In this document: in pieces, positions 39,733-52,251 of the stretch
How the letters are laid out: each line of letters starts with the position of its first letter
How positions within the stretch are numbered: position 1 is the first letter of the stretch
NCBI GenBank assembly: GCA_053919585.1
Contig: CM132805.1
DNA from: Euprymna scolopes
Taxonomy: Eukaryota
DNA length: 64,000 nucleotides
Strand: one strand, 5' to 3'
Program-made: the position numbers and the translations under genes
Notes under the pieces: generated by a model
What the model saw: the letters and a program-made list of their open reading frames with translations, nothing else
Databases searched by the model: none
Told to the model about the DNA's origin: nothing

Positions 39733-40205
39733 GAACAGATGGTATTTATTTGCTCCCCCACCGAGCAAATTAGGCACAAGGCCGATTTTTAATGTGAGGA
39801 GTGAAGGGAGGGGGAAGGGGAAAGGGGGACCAGCTCCCGAGAGGTGGGAAATGGGAGCTGGTTAAAGGTCAGACATGTGGGGTTGCCCCCACATCTGGTC
39901 TTTGCTAGTCATAGCTAGTCATAGCTTGCAGTATCTGCCGGGACAGATTGTATTTATTTGCTCCCCCACCGAGCAAATAAGGCACAAGGCCGATTTTTAA
40001 TGTGAGGAGTGAAGGGAGGGGGAAGGGAAAAAAGGGGACCAGCTCCCGAGAGGTGGGAAAGGGGAGCTGGTTAAAGGTCAGGCATGTGGGGTTGCCTCCA
40101 CATTTGGTCTTAGCTAGTCCTAGCTAGTCCTAGCTAGTCATAGCTTGTAGTATATGCCGGAACAGATACTACATTTTGATCTTAGCCCGAAGGCCAAGTA
40201 GCAGC
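39733..40205 (-). mobile_element. Tandem dimer of a ~208-bp element headed by the 5' end of U2 snRNA (SINEU-like)
   Basis: 40160-40202 reverse complement gctacttggccttcgggctaagatcaaaatgtagtatctgttc matches U2 stem I and the branch-point recognition region; two near-identical bodies. Confidence 0.82.
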
Positions 40206-40734
40206 AACCTGTGTAGGTGCATAAAGTAGAAATTTTTTTTTTTTTTTAGGAAACGGGTGGAACGGAAATACATTGTTGCAAATAACACAATAGAAAGCAG
40301 AAAATAAAGATTATGTAGGTAGAGTCTAATATCGATTTGTCAGATGCATTGCTATTTAGGTCTGACTGCAAAAATAAGACCGACCCTATTTTATATATTA
40401 GATGACGCATGTTTTTGTTATCTATTTTTTGTTTTTTAATTGATGGAGTTCAACTTCGCAATTAAATCGCTTTGATCTTCATGTATCAATATGAATATAT
40501 CAAGTCGGTACAAAACTATACATGACAATAACTATTTTTGCATTTCATAACTTGATTCCAACGAGTTTATAAATGCCTCATTTGTAAAATTCTTGAGGCT
40601 TTAGTGTGAAATATGAATCTAACGCATGTTCAATCTCATCTCGTGATGTGAAACGAAGACCATCTAAATGGTTTTGCAATCATCGAAATAAGTGATAATT
40701 CGAGGGAATTTAAACTGCTAAGCTTTCAATAAGG

Positions 40735-41417
40735 TCTATATATTTATAAAAGTGAAATTGTTTATTGTGTGTACATTTCCCTACCAAACTACTCTGCCAA
40801 TTTTCAGTCTACAGACTCGAGATTTGACATAAGAGGTATTGAGATTTAGGAAAATCTTTTAAATCTGTTTTCAGCCAGAAATTTAGCTTTCAAGGGGTCA
40901 AAGTTTAATGATTTGACCTTTGAAAACTCTACGAAACTTCTCCGCCAATTTTGGATCTAAACACTTTAAATTTTAGAGGTAGGTTACTTGGACATGGATC
41001 AAACTTTTAATTTGATTTGAGCCCAAAACACAAAATGTTAAGGGATCAAAATTGGGGTCAAAGTTAAAAAAAAAAAAAATTACCTCTGCGGTCTCTACAA
41101 AATTACTCAACCAATTTTTGGTCTAAACATTTGAAATATACATAAAGTATGTTCAAACATAGTGCAAGCTTTTTAATCGGGTTTTGGTCGAAAATTTGGC
41201 TACCGAGGGGTCAAAGTTAAAAAGATTTAACCTTTGTGGTCTCTAGCAAACTATTCAACCAATTTTAGGTCCAAACATTTGAAATTTTACATAAAAGTAT
41301 TCAGACATACAGCAAGCAATTTCTAGGCGAAAATTTGGCTGCCAAGAGGTTAAAGTTGAACGAGTTGATATATATATATTAGTCCTCGCGCGAAAGAGCA
41401 GGACACAAAATGTTTTA

Positions 41418-41457
<40 letters not shown>

Positions 41458-42251
41458 GAATAACAATAACAAAGACTTTCGCTGGCGAGGACTACTATTG
41501 AGCGTAACCAGTTATACAGTCCTTTTGAAATTTTCATCTCTATTTTTCTCGTTATCTACTGAATATTTTTAATGAAACCTATATGAAATATGTTCCTTAT
41601 TAAATTGTAAAGATTTTCTATTCTGAAAGAAGTGTAAAAAAATTTAATCTAAAAAAGTTATTTTAAAGTTTTTGTTAAAAAATTCAGATTTTCTCATTAT
41701 TCAGACATGTATGACAAAGAGGGAGTTGCAAAAAAGAGATGTGGTTGGAGAAGAAATACAAACTGAAACAGAGAGAATATTCAGACCTGTAATAACACAA
41801 AGAGGGGGTTACAAAAATTAGTGTGGTGTGAGGAGAAATACAAACTAAAATAGAGAGTAGGAGAGTTTTTTATAAATACATGCAAAACCACATTCATTTT
41901 TTTTAATCCAAATTAATAAATTAAATAAAATATAATCTTAAAAAGATACTATACAAGTTAGAAAAGCATTTCAGCCAAGGCATGAAAATTGTTAAACAAA
42001 ATGTTTTTACTATAGGCTTTAAAAATAAAGGTACAAGATTCAATTTGAAATTTATTTATCTTCAAAGTGCACTTTTATACATTTTACAAAGTAAGGTATT
42101 AAATTTTTATACCTTACTTTGTAAAATTTATAAAAGTGCACTTTGAAAATAAATAAATTTAAAATTGAATCTTGTACCTTTATTTTTAAAGCCTATAGTA
42201 AAACATTGTGCTTAACAATTTTCATACCTTGGATGAAATGCTTTTCTAACT

Positions 42252-42325
<74 letters not shown>

Positions 42326-42377
42326 TTAAGTTATGAACAGTACATAGGGCCCGAGCAAAGCCTGGCTGAACTGCTAG
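40735..42377 (+). mobile_element. Non-autonomous Helitron-like element with internal tandem subrepeats and nested insertions
   Basis: TC start; body related to 9191-9577; 3' hairpin + CTAG|T at 42374-42377 shared with 47295-47298. Confidence 0.65.
41953..42254. repeat. ~300-bp imperfect fold-back palindrome
   Basis: Arms acaagttagaaaagcatttca... / ...tgaaatgcttttctaacttgt; ends at a (TG)(TA) microsatellite. Confidence 0.85.
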
Positions 42378-42585
42378 TAAGAAATAAAACAAAAACGGTA
42401 TTTAAGCATTTAAAATTCCAATAAAGTATATCGACTCCTTCAATTGTACGCGAGGAAAACAACAGTAGAACGATACTACAATGAAACAATGAGCGATGAA
42501 ACGCTTGCGTGCTTGTATTATTCAAGTTTCAAAAGCATAGAATAAATAGTAGTTAATCAGATAATTATGGTCAAGTAATACTCAC

Positions 42586-42693
42586 GTTGGCATTTTACGC
42601 CATAGTAACCCTTCCGACAAAAGCATTTGTTTAGGATTCCAGATCGTCTACAGATGCCGCCATTCATACACCTGATATACCTGCAATCGGTAT
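42586..42693 (-). CDS. EGF-repeat gene, exon B (TDCRYIRCMNGGICRRSGILNKCFCRKGYYGVKCQ)
   Basis: 108 nt, cag acceptor, gtgagt donor, phase 1-1, EGF Cys pattern. Confidence 0.93.
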
Positions 42694-43670
42694 CTGAATG
42701 AAACGAACGAAGCATAAGCGTTGTTTTAATATTTAAAAGACATTCGTCAACGATTTTGGAACAAAGATTAAGCAGAATGAACCTTCCATGTTTTCTAGCG
42801 GGTTTATTTTGGCTGAGTATGGGGCAAGTTATTTGAAAGGGGTGTATCCTCTGACTGGAAAGATCCCGAAAAAGGGGGCGTAGAAGTGTTATTTCAATGA
42901 ACAAGGGCAAACTAAACAAATAGAAAAACACTGGAACGAACAAGAACATGTTTTTCAATGGTTGATCTCTACTATTATATAAAAAGAGTTCGCTGTGCTG
43001 GATTTTATTAAATTTCACACAAATGTACTTTATCTGTCTGGCAATATTCTTAGATAGGTTTTGTATCCGAATGTTTTTGATAAGTATCGATAGTTTATAA
43101 TCGAAAAAAAAAATCTGATGAAAGAAGAAACAGTCGATTTTTACCAAAGTTAACACCTTACACAGCCTAACATCACAAGTGCATTTGAGAAGTTTTATTA
43201 CCACCCAATTAATAAGGCACTGCATATAAAATCATCTGTATTGTGAAAATTAAAAAGGAGTAAAATTATCTTAGAATATTCCAATATTGCTTACATAAGT
43301 TATGGGAAACGCTTTAGCCCACACATATATTGCACGGGATTGTAGTCACTTGATATACATGTATATGAATAACTTTTATGCACGTAAAACTATTTAATAG
43401 ATATTTGAATAAAAAATATTCAAATGTTTAATAAATAAATAAAAATTAATAATATCTATTTCTATTTATTTATAAAATCGAGTTTTTGTCTTGCTCTAAC
43501 ATTGATGTTAAAAGCCAACCTTTTCTATTTAAAATTATTAAAGCGAATTTCATAATATACTCAATCATGTATATGCAAGCGACTTTATGAAGATGAACTA
43601 ATTTGCATATTTTTTTAAAAGCAGCGTTTATTAATTAAATTATTCTTTTTATGCTTTTTTTATTAGATAA

Positions 43671-44106
43671 CTAGCAATGGGTGCCCGGCGTTGCCCGGGT
43701 GTTTGGAGGTGTATGCTGAGCCAAAAACAACAACAAAAAAAAAACGGTAATTTTTTTAAACTTTGACCCCTATTATGACCCCCTTAATATTTATTGTTTT
43801 GGGCGCAAATCAAGTTATTAAGTTAGATCGATGTCCAAGGAACCAATATCTAAAATGTCAAACGTTTAGACCCAAAATTGTTGGAAAAGTTTGGTAGACT
43901 TCTCAAAGGTCAAATCGTTGAACTTTAACCCCTTAACAGCCAACTTCCTGGCCGAAACCCGATCACATCGATTTTCCCAAATCTCAGTACCCTGTATATC
44001 AAATTTTGAGTCTGTAGACTAAAAATTGACAGAGTTATTGCGTAGGGAAATGTACACAGACACACACACAGACACACAGACACATTCAGTTTTATAGATA
44101 TATAGA
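43671..44106 (-). mobile_element. Non-autonomous Helitron-like element, complete
   Basis: A|TC 5' end, 3' hairpin and CTAG|T on - strand. Confidence 0.85.
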
Positions 44107-44112
44107 TGAGAT

Positions 44113-46130
44113 GCATTTAACTTCTTCCCCGAATGTGCTGCTGCCATCGCACACAGAAATCACTTTTTCCATAACCACCAACGTAATAGATGCACTGAAA
44201 CTAAAGCTGCTTTCAGAACCGCCAGTAACCATTGTAAAAGAGTAATAAAAAATGCAAGAGAATTATATGCGCAATCCATTAAGTCTAAAGTAGCTGAGCA
44301 GCAGGTTGAGGATCTTGAACAGAAACGTGTGCTCTATCCCAACCATTATCAATGGACCAGAGGTCATCTCGACAGCATCTGACAAGGCCAAACTATTTGC
44401 CAAAAACTTTGCGGCAAATTCTACCCTGTGTGACGAAGGCCATCAACTCCCCATATTCCCTCCTATAACAGACAACACGCTATGCAACATACAAATGTCT
44501 GTGCGTGAGGTCGCCAAGCTAATCAAGAACCTTGACTCCAGTAAAGCAACTCGTCCCGACGGTATTCCAATTATAGTGTTAAATAAATTACAACCAGAAC
44601 TTGCCCCCATACTTTCCAAACTGTTTAAGTATTGCGTTAAGGAAAAGTGCTTTCCAACACCCTGGAAAACCTCATCAGTATGCCCTGTATTTAAGAATTC
44701 AGGTGATAAGTCATCCCCCTCTCAGTACAGACCAATAAGTCTCCTGTGTGTCATGAGTAAGTTACTGGAATCCACAATAAACAGAGAAGTAGTCAACCAC
44801 CTCAGCAGAAATAACCTTCTCAGCGACATGCAATATGGTTTCCACTCTGCTAGATCTACAGGATTAGCGAATCTCTCGACAAAGGTTTCATTTCTAGGGT
44901 AATTGCTCTCGACATATCAAAGGCCTTCGATAAGGTTTGGCATAAAGGCCTACTACACAAGATTTCCAGCTACGGTATAACTGGAAATGTTTTCTCTATC
45001 ATTAAATCATTTCTCTCTGATAGGCTCATAAGAGTAGTGGTTGATGGGCACAAATCAGAGGCCCACAGTATTAATGCTGGAGTCCCTCAGGGGTCCATAC
45101 TGGGCCCAACTCTCTTCCTGATCTACATCAATGATCTCCCAAAACACATACTAAAATCTTTTGTTGACATCTATGCTGATGACACGACTATCTATGGCAA
45201 CACATCAAAGGCCGTAAATGATGATGTTCTCTCTGATTCTCTCTCCTCTGATCTTGAGCGCGTGGTACAGTGGGGAAAGCTGGTTACCTTTAATGCATCT
45301 AAGACCAAGCTCCTATCTCTACATCATAAACGCTCTGATCCCCATCTGGCATCAATTGAAATGGATCTCTCGTCTAAGGGAGGCCCCAGGATTTGATAAG
45401 CTCCTGGGTTTGACCTTTACACCTGATCTTAAATGGAACACATACATCAAGTCTGTTGCCAAGGTCGCTGGGAAAATGGTGGGATCCTTCTACCGCTCCA
45501 GAAGATATCTCACTAATGATGCAATTCTCTATCTATATAAGAGCCAAGTACGTCCAAAGATGGAGTACTGCTGTCACATCTCGGCGGGGGCTGCAAAAAA
45601 CAGCCTATCCTGCCTTGACAGAGTACAAAATAATTGGTGGGGGATGCCCTTTTCTCTACCCTGCAACCTCTTTCCCACAGAAGAGACGTAGCGAGCCTGT
45701 CATTGTTCTATCGTTATTTCCATGGCAGGTGCTCGTTTGAGCTCCATTCTCTGGTCCCCCCTCGCCAATCTTTCACAAAAAACACCCGACTAGCTGAAAC
45801 CACTGTCAATAATTTTCCCCACTCCCTATCTGTGCCTAAATCAAAACGTAGATACCATGAACAAAGCTTCTTTCTTAGAACTGCACGCCTGTGGAACTCT
45901 GTTCCGCTTGCCTGTTTCCCTCCCGACTTCAACCTGGATGTCTTCAAGTCCAACACAAACAAATTCCTGATGAAACGCCCCCCCCAAGTAATGACACCTT
46001 ACCAATTCTCCAATACTATTGCTACACTATCCCTTTGATTACTGTACACTCAATAACCCTTATCCCTGAGTGGCTATTAGGCCTTGATAAGTGGTGAACC
46101 CCATGTAAAAAAAAAAACTAAAAAAAAAAC
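44113..46130 (+). mobile_element. 5'-truncated CR1-group LINE (reverse transcriptase pseudogene) with poly(A) tail
   Basis: YRPISLL, QYGF, ALDISKAFDKVWH, GVPQGSILGPTLFLIYINDL, YADD, MEYCCHI; frameshifts; A-rich tail 46107-46130. Confidence 0.93.
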
Positions 46131-46699
46131 TATTACGCTTAATTCTATTTTTCCATATTTTCTGCATTCTGCACAATTGGGTAGAATTTAGGATGAAAAC
46201 GTTCTAACACACAGACCAATTTGATATATGTGTGCGAAATTTCTCTGTCAAACTCCTTCATGAATATTTGGTCTACAGACTCGAAGCTTGAACAGATTAT
46301 TTGAAGCTCAGGAACACATTCGATTTGGTGTTTAGCTACAAAGAGGTCAGAATAGAAAAATCAAAACAAAAAAAAAAAAACAACAGTTGATCTTGGCAGG
46401 AGTAAATCCACTAACTTTTGAGTATGCGTATATTTTTAGTTTGAACTCGTTTAACTTTTAGTCTTTATTTTATCCACCTAGCACAGACGTTAACGACAAA
46501 AGCTAAATCACTAAATAACTACTAAGGTTGGAGAGCTGAATGATTTGATTTCAAATGCAACTGATGGCACCAAAGTAATATTTTAACTTTTAAAATCATT
46601 ACCATATATATTAAGTAAAATATAATAATTTATTACGAATTTGCTCTGTTATAATAAATTCGAAATCCACATCAATCAAAATATCATATTTAAGCGTAT

Positions 46700-47298
46700 A
46701 AACTACTTCTATCAATTTTCAGTCTACAGACCCGAGATTTATCATAACAGGTATTGAGATTTGGGAAAGTCTTTTTAACCAGTTTTTGGCCAGAAATTTG
46801 GCTGTCAACCTTTGATTTGACCTTTGAAAATTCTACCAAACTTCTCCTCCAATTTTGGGTCTAAACATTTGAAATTTTAGATGTAGGTTACTTTGACATG
46901 GATCAATCTTTTTAATTTGATTTGAGCCCAAAATAATAAATGTTAAGGGGTCAAATTTAGGGTCAAAGTTTTTTAAAAAGTAACCTTTGCGGTCTCTACC
47001 AAATTACTCAGCCAATTTTTGGTCTAAACATTTGAAATTTTACATAAAGTGTATTCAGACATAGAGCAAGCTTTTTAATCAGTTTTGGGGCGGAAATTTG
47101 GCTGCTAAGAGGTCAAAGTTAAAAAAGTTGACCTTTGTAGACTCTACCGAACTCCTCCACCAATTTCGGGTCTAAACACTTGAAATTTTAGATGTAAGTT
47201 ACTTGGTCATGAGTCAAACTTTTTAATATATATACACATATGCACATAAAGTTATGGACAGTACATAGGGCCCGAGCAAAGTCGGGGTGAACTGCTAG
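46700..47298 (+). mobile_element. Non-autonomous Helitron-like element (same family as 40735)
   Basis: Collinear similarity; hairpin + CTAG|T. Confidence 0.75.
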
Positions 47299-47422
47299 TA
47301 CAATATAAAATATAAGAATGCCATGAGAAATACAGCAAGGTGTACGTGAATTATTCATCGTTGAAATGGATTAGAACATTAATACAGTTACATAATATAG
47401 TTGGTGTTTAAACAATACTCAC

Positions 47423-47784
47423 ATTGGCATCTTAGTCCAGATCCTGGATATGACCTTAAACTATATCCAGTGGTGAGGCCCCAGTTTGTGGGGGAGTGTG
47501 GAGCCACCCTTTAATTGCTATTGCTCCCAGGTGCACTCTGACCCAGAGTTGTAATACCTGTTAGGGTCCCAACTATGGGTTAAATAGAAACTGACTTGAA
47601 AATAACAAATATATTCTCTTAAAAAATTTTTCTTCAAAATCTTGGGATTCGGCATTAAATAAACTGGAAAGGGTTGATATGCCGTAAAACAAAAACAACC
47701 AACCAACCAACCATCTTAGTCCAGTGTAACCATCTATGAATCCTTCCAAATCGTCTACAAGTGCCTCCATTTATACAAGGAATC
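47423..47784 (-). pseudogene. Inactivated EGF exon (IPCINGGTCRRFGRIHR-deletion-GYTGLRCQ) interrupted by a SINE; 5' end lies in a gap
   Basis: Donor gtgagt at 47417-47422 intact; 14 nt missing relative to sister exons (removes Cys4/Cys5, shifts frame); 271-bp insert flanked by duplicated catcttagtccag. Confidence 0.9.
47441..47711 (+). mobile_element. SINE-like retroposon with (CAAC)n tail inserted in the dead EGF exon
   Basis: 13-bp TSD catcttagtccag at 47428-47440 and 47712-47724; simple-repeat tail at right end. Confidence 0.85.
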
Positions 47785-47954
47785 NNNNNNNNNNNNNNNN
47801 NNNNNNNNNNNNNNNNNNNNNNNNNNNNNNNNNNNNNNNNNNNNNNNNNNNNNNNNNNNNNNNNNNNNNNNNNNNNNNNNNNNNNNNNNNNNNNNNNNNN
47901 NNNNNNNNNNNNNNNNNNNNNNNNNNNNNNNNNNNNNNNNNNNNNNNNNNNNNN

Positions 47955-48910
47955 TATTGCAATGAATAAGGAAAGCCTAAATACTGAATGCGGAGAATAA
48001 GAAAAGGTGTTCTTGATATATTGTCACTATTGAATAAAGACCTTGCGCCACCATTGTTGGAACTGGGCAATATCTGATCATCTCCTTGAACCCAAACCTT
48101 ATGATGGAACATGAATATCAAGAAACAAGAGCCAGCAGAACAACCTCCATCACGAAGCTGGCCAAACATTTTGACGAGCCTGTCTTATGCATATGACAGC
48201 ACATAAAACAAGCCTGCTACGGAATAGCCCAAAAGAGTCACCCAAAAATACACCAGGACCTTCCATTATAAAATAAAATAAAAACTCGAAGAATGGACTA
48301 GCTAACAACTTGCAAGTACTTTTTTTTTGTTCATTTTCTTTCTTTGAAGATTGTAATGCTGAGTATGGGGCAGCCGACATTTTCCTGCTTTCTACTGAAA
48401 CCAACCGAGAGCTCTTTTTAATATCCTCGCTGTTCCCTTATGTGCAATTGTCTGGATTTCTCTTGCACTTGGTTCACCAGGAATATTAGTTAGGTAGGAC
48501 TTTAGGTTCTTTTTCATAGGCCCTGTGGCACCTATAATAACTGGTATGATTGATATCTCCCTAAGATTCCAGTTTCTTTTCATATCATACATGAGACCTT
48601 GATATTTGCTCTGTTTCTCTCTTTCAGCTCTGTTCAGACCTCCATCATTAGGAACACTCACTTCAACCAAGGTTGCCACTCTTTCGGACTTACTCCATAC
48701 AACTATGTCAGGCTTCACAGCAGCATTTTCAAGGAATGTGGCTGTAGAGATTACGTGGTCGTAATGTATAGTATATAAGTAATTCCCAACAGTTCTTTCA
48801 GGTTGATGTTCCCAGGACTTGCTGCTATACTGGATGTTTAATTTTTTACAGATGGTACTTACATACTCCATCGTGTCTCACTGTGTAGTAGCCGTCACTC
48901 AATGAACTGA
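47955..48910 (-). mobile_element. 3' part of RLE-endonuclease (Dong/R4-like) non-LTR retrotransposon
   Basis: RHD motif region, KPDIVV, EVSVP, EKQSKY, IIPVIIGATG. Confidence 0.85.
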
Positions 48911-49281
48911 TACATGAATATATAAATCATGGAGGCTAAAAAGAGGACTGTTCCATTAATATCAGAAGTTGACAATGACTATCCAATATCAAAGCTTAAT
49001 GAGCAATGCTCTTAAGAAGATGAGTGCTCTTAGCAATGACAACACGTGCAGATTCTGCTGCACAGAGGTAGAGAGTGGGATCTATTTGACATCTAGCTCT
49101 AAGGTTATACTATACATATTGTATTGTCGCTAGGATCAACATATGTTGTATTCTTGGGTTTGTGTGTGTACGTGTCATTATTACTAATGTCTATAGTGGC
49201 CCTTTACTATCTGAACCCAAGTTCTATTTGTGACCTATTTGAGTTCTTACTAATGTCATGATCGTCTAAATGTTCATATGC

Positions 49282-49341
<60 letters not shown>

Positions 49342-51109
49342 CATATATGTATTTACCTTATTTTCACTGTGTCGTTGATCTTGGTCCATCTGTAAAATCA
49401 TCTTGTTCTTGGAGAGAAGCTGGAACCTGTTTGAACGAATGCATTTCACTCCAAAAACGATGGTTGGTTTTATATTAGTTTTTATTTCAATTTCCAGGTA
49501 TCGAATGCAGATGAATGGAAAATTGAGTTTCATTTGCTTGTGGTTAATTCTAATAGTCTCCATTTTTGAGACACGTCATCTCCCTCCCAAGGGTGGGGGA
49601 CACAACCGTTAACCCGTCCGCTCTTCTCTACGTCCAAATTCCAACTTCACGCTAATGTCCAGTTAACCTGATCACGTGAGAACCACGTCCTTCCGGGTCA
49701 GCTATTTTTAGAGCTACCGGTGAGACTTGTCCATTTTATAGCTCAATAATGTTTTGACAACTTTTATTAAAACGTCTTCATATCTCATCCTTTGTTTATC
49801 TAGCCAGTTAGATAGACAAATCGAGATAGATAGACAAATGGATATATCGATAAAAAGATAGATGAACAACGAATAATTTCTTGTGTTCCACCCACTACAT
49901 AACATAGAATGCGGCACAATAGACTTTGTATAGATTTCTGGATTAATTAAGGAGCACACTTTCACAATCGATTCCTATTGTTCCATGTATAAATCTTAAT
50001 GATGATCTGAAATCTTTAAATTCTCATATTTGTGGAAATACCTCAAAACTGTAACATTATCTACAGACATGTGTTTGCATCGCAATACTGACCCAGTTTG
50101 CTTCCCAACTTATGAAAAAAAGGATGGCAAGATTGTTGTTATTGCTATAAATATTGAGAGACAACTCATGCGAATGTGTTGCTGATTGCCGTTTAAGTGG
50201 AGCTTCAGAAACGGAAATTTGCAAATTTTAAAAACAAATAATATATTAGATTCAAAAACAAGTTATAAGTACTTAACTGACATGAGAATAATCTCTGCAT
50301 GAAACACAATTCTTTAATCAAAGAATCCTATATTATATTTTTCATGAGTTTATATGTGTGTATGTGGCTATGTATTTTTACAAAGTAAAAACGTTCAATG
50401 CAGAGTTGTGAAGTATTAGGGATTAAAAGAGATTAATTACCACAATGCCACCTTCTCATAAACTACTGGACCTATCTGGCTTAAATTTTGTATGGACTTT
50501 TACTATGATAAGTGTTTAACGAACTAGGTATTGTGAAATCCGTTCGATGCACAGTTAAGCATTGTTAGGGATTAGTCACCTCAACACTACATTTACTTTA
50601 GAAGTTTTCTCGGAAACAACTAGACCAATCTGGCTAAAATTTTGTATCGACCTTTTCTATAATAAGCTGCAGCGAATTAACTATTATGATATCTGCTCGA
50701 AGCATAGTAAGAGATTAATGGGGATTAGTTACAATGAACGCAAATTAAACCATATTTAGCAATCAATTTGGCATAAAGTACTCATTCTAAATCAACTCTC
50801 TATAACTTTTGCCCGTTTTTTAGCAAGTAAAGAGTTTAATCTATATTATAAAAATGAACATGCAGGTGTCTAGCTCGTTTCAATAATCACCTATGTAAAC
50901 TTAATTTTATGTACGGAAATGAAGAGGCGTAATTTTAATAGTAATTAATAATCATTATTTTTATTATTAAGGAACGAACAAATAATCATTTATGAAAATT
51001 TCATTGCTAAGAGAAAAGAAGCAAGGGCTAATCTTTATAATAACTGATAATAATACAAACGAAAGTAATTCTTTTATTTTTAAAAACTTTTTTACTCTTA
51101 TTCGCCTCA

Positions 51110-51740
51110 AACAAGGCATAGTGCCAATGGACTTAAGGGGCTACTATTTGGGACCATGTCTGCAGGGACACTACATAGAGAGTTGAGCAGTCTGTTCAAA
51201 TTACATTTAAGCTTCTGTATGTCAGTACAATCAGGGAAACAGGAAACCGAGAGAGAATTTTAAAGTAGAGCAGTTCAGGGAGAGAAACTTAAGAGTAGAA
51301 GGCCTTCCGGCATCTAGAGATCTCTATAGTGTAAAGGTAGGATTTTACTGCGTGTCAGGATAGTCAGGGTTATTTATGTCGAGGGGGGCACAAATGTTAC
51401 GAGTTCGTCGGACCACATCTCATTGAAGTACTTTTAAGTAGGCACAGGTATGCAACATTGCGGCGATAGGACAGGAGTTTGAGTTTGTTTGACAGTGCAG
51501 GGCCTGTTAGGTTGGAGACTCTTTTGTGGACCCTGTCTAAGATCGAGGGACTAATGGTAGATGCACCAGCCCAGTTGTGGTAACAATACTCCATGCATGG
51601 GCAGATGATGGCTTTGTAGTGATATATGATACTCTAAGGTGTTAGTAGTTTTCTAGCAGGGTAGAGAGAACAAACCTTCTTTGGCAATGTCTTCAATGTA
51701 TTGCAATTAATGTTGCATGTGAATGCTAAGCTGAGGAGGT
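51110..51740 (-). mobile_element. Degenerate CR1-group LINE 3' fragment
   Basis: MEYCYHNWAGAS...LDRVHKRV; homologous to 59340-60128. Confidence 0.8.
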
Positions 51741-51836
51741 TAAACAAAGAGCTTCAGATAGGATATTTTTAGTTATGACAATTAATAGTTGAGAAGATTT
51801 AGTCTTGGCACCACCGAGTGTTCACACAATACTCAC

Positions 51837-51944
51837 GTTCGCATCTTCGTCCAATGTAACCTCGCAGACAAATGCATCTGTATATGCTTCCATATTTTCG
51901 ACAAACACCACCATTGAGACATCTGCGAATCCTGCAATCAGCAA
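51837..51944 (-). CDS. EGF-repeat gene, internal exon A (ADCRIRRCLNGGVCRKYGSIYRCICLRGYIGRRCE)
   Basis: 108 nt, polypyrimidine tract + cag acceptor, gtgagt donor, phase 1-1, six Cys in EGF spacing. Confidence 0.93.
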
Positions 51945-52251
51945 CTGAATAAAAAAAAAAAAGAATCATAAACGTTGCTTTAATACTTTTTTTTTTTACA
52001 CCACTTATCGAGGCCCGGAGGGCACTCAAGGGTAATGGTTAATGAGTCGTAGTAATTGTTAGTAGTGGAAATTTGGTAAATTGGATTACTTAAGAGGATG
52101 GCTTATCAAGAATTTGTTCACGCTGGACTTGACAGCACCCATTATTAAAAGAGATTCCTTAATCAATATATTGTAATGTGGATCCTAATTTGGATAGTTA
52201 TAGATGATGGATCAATCTTTATTATATGTCAAGAACCATGCTGACAATCTG

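Noticed and set aside
42557-43225. 222-aa ORF ending in an EGF domain
   Set aside because: Only 42586-42693 is exon; the rest is intron read-through
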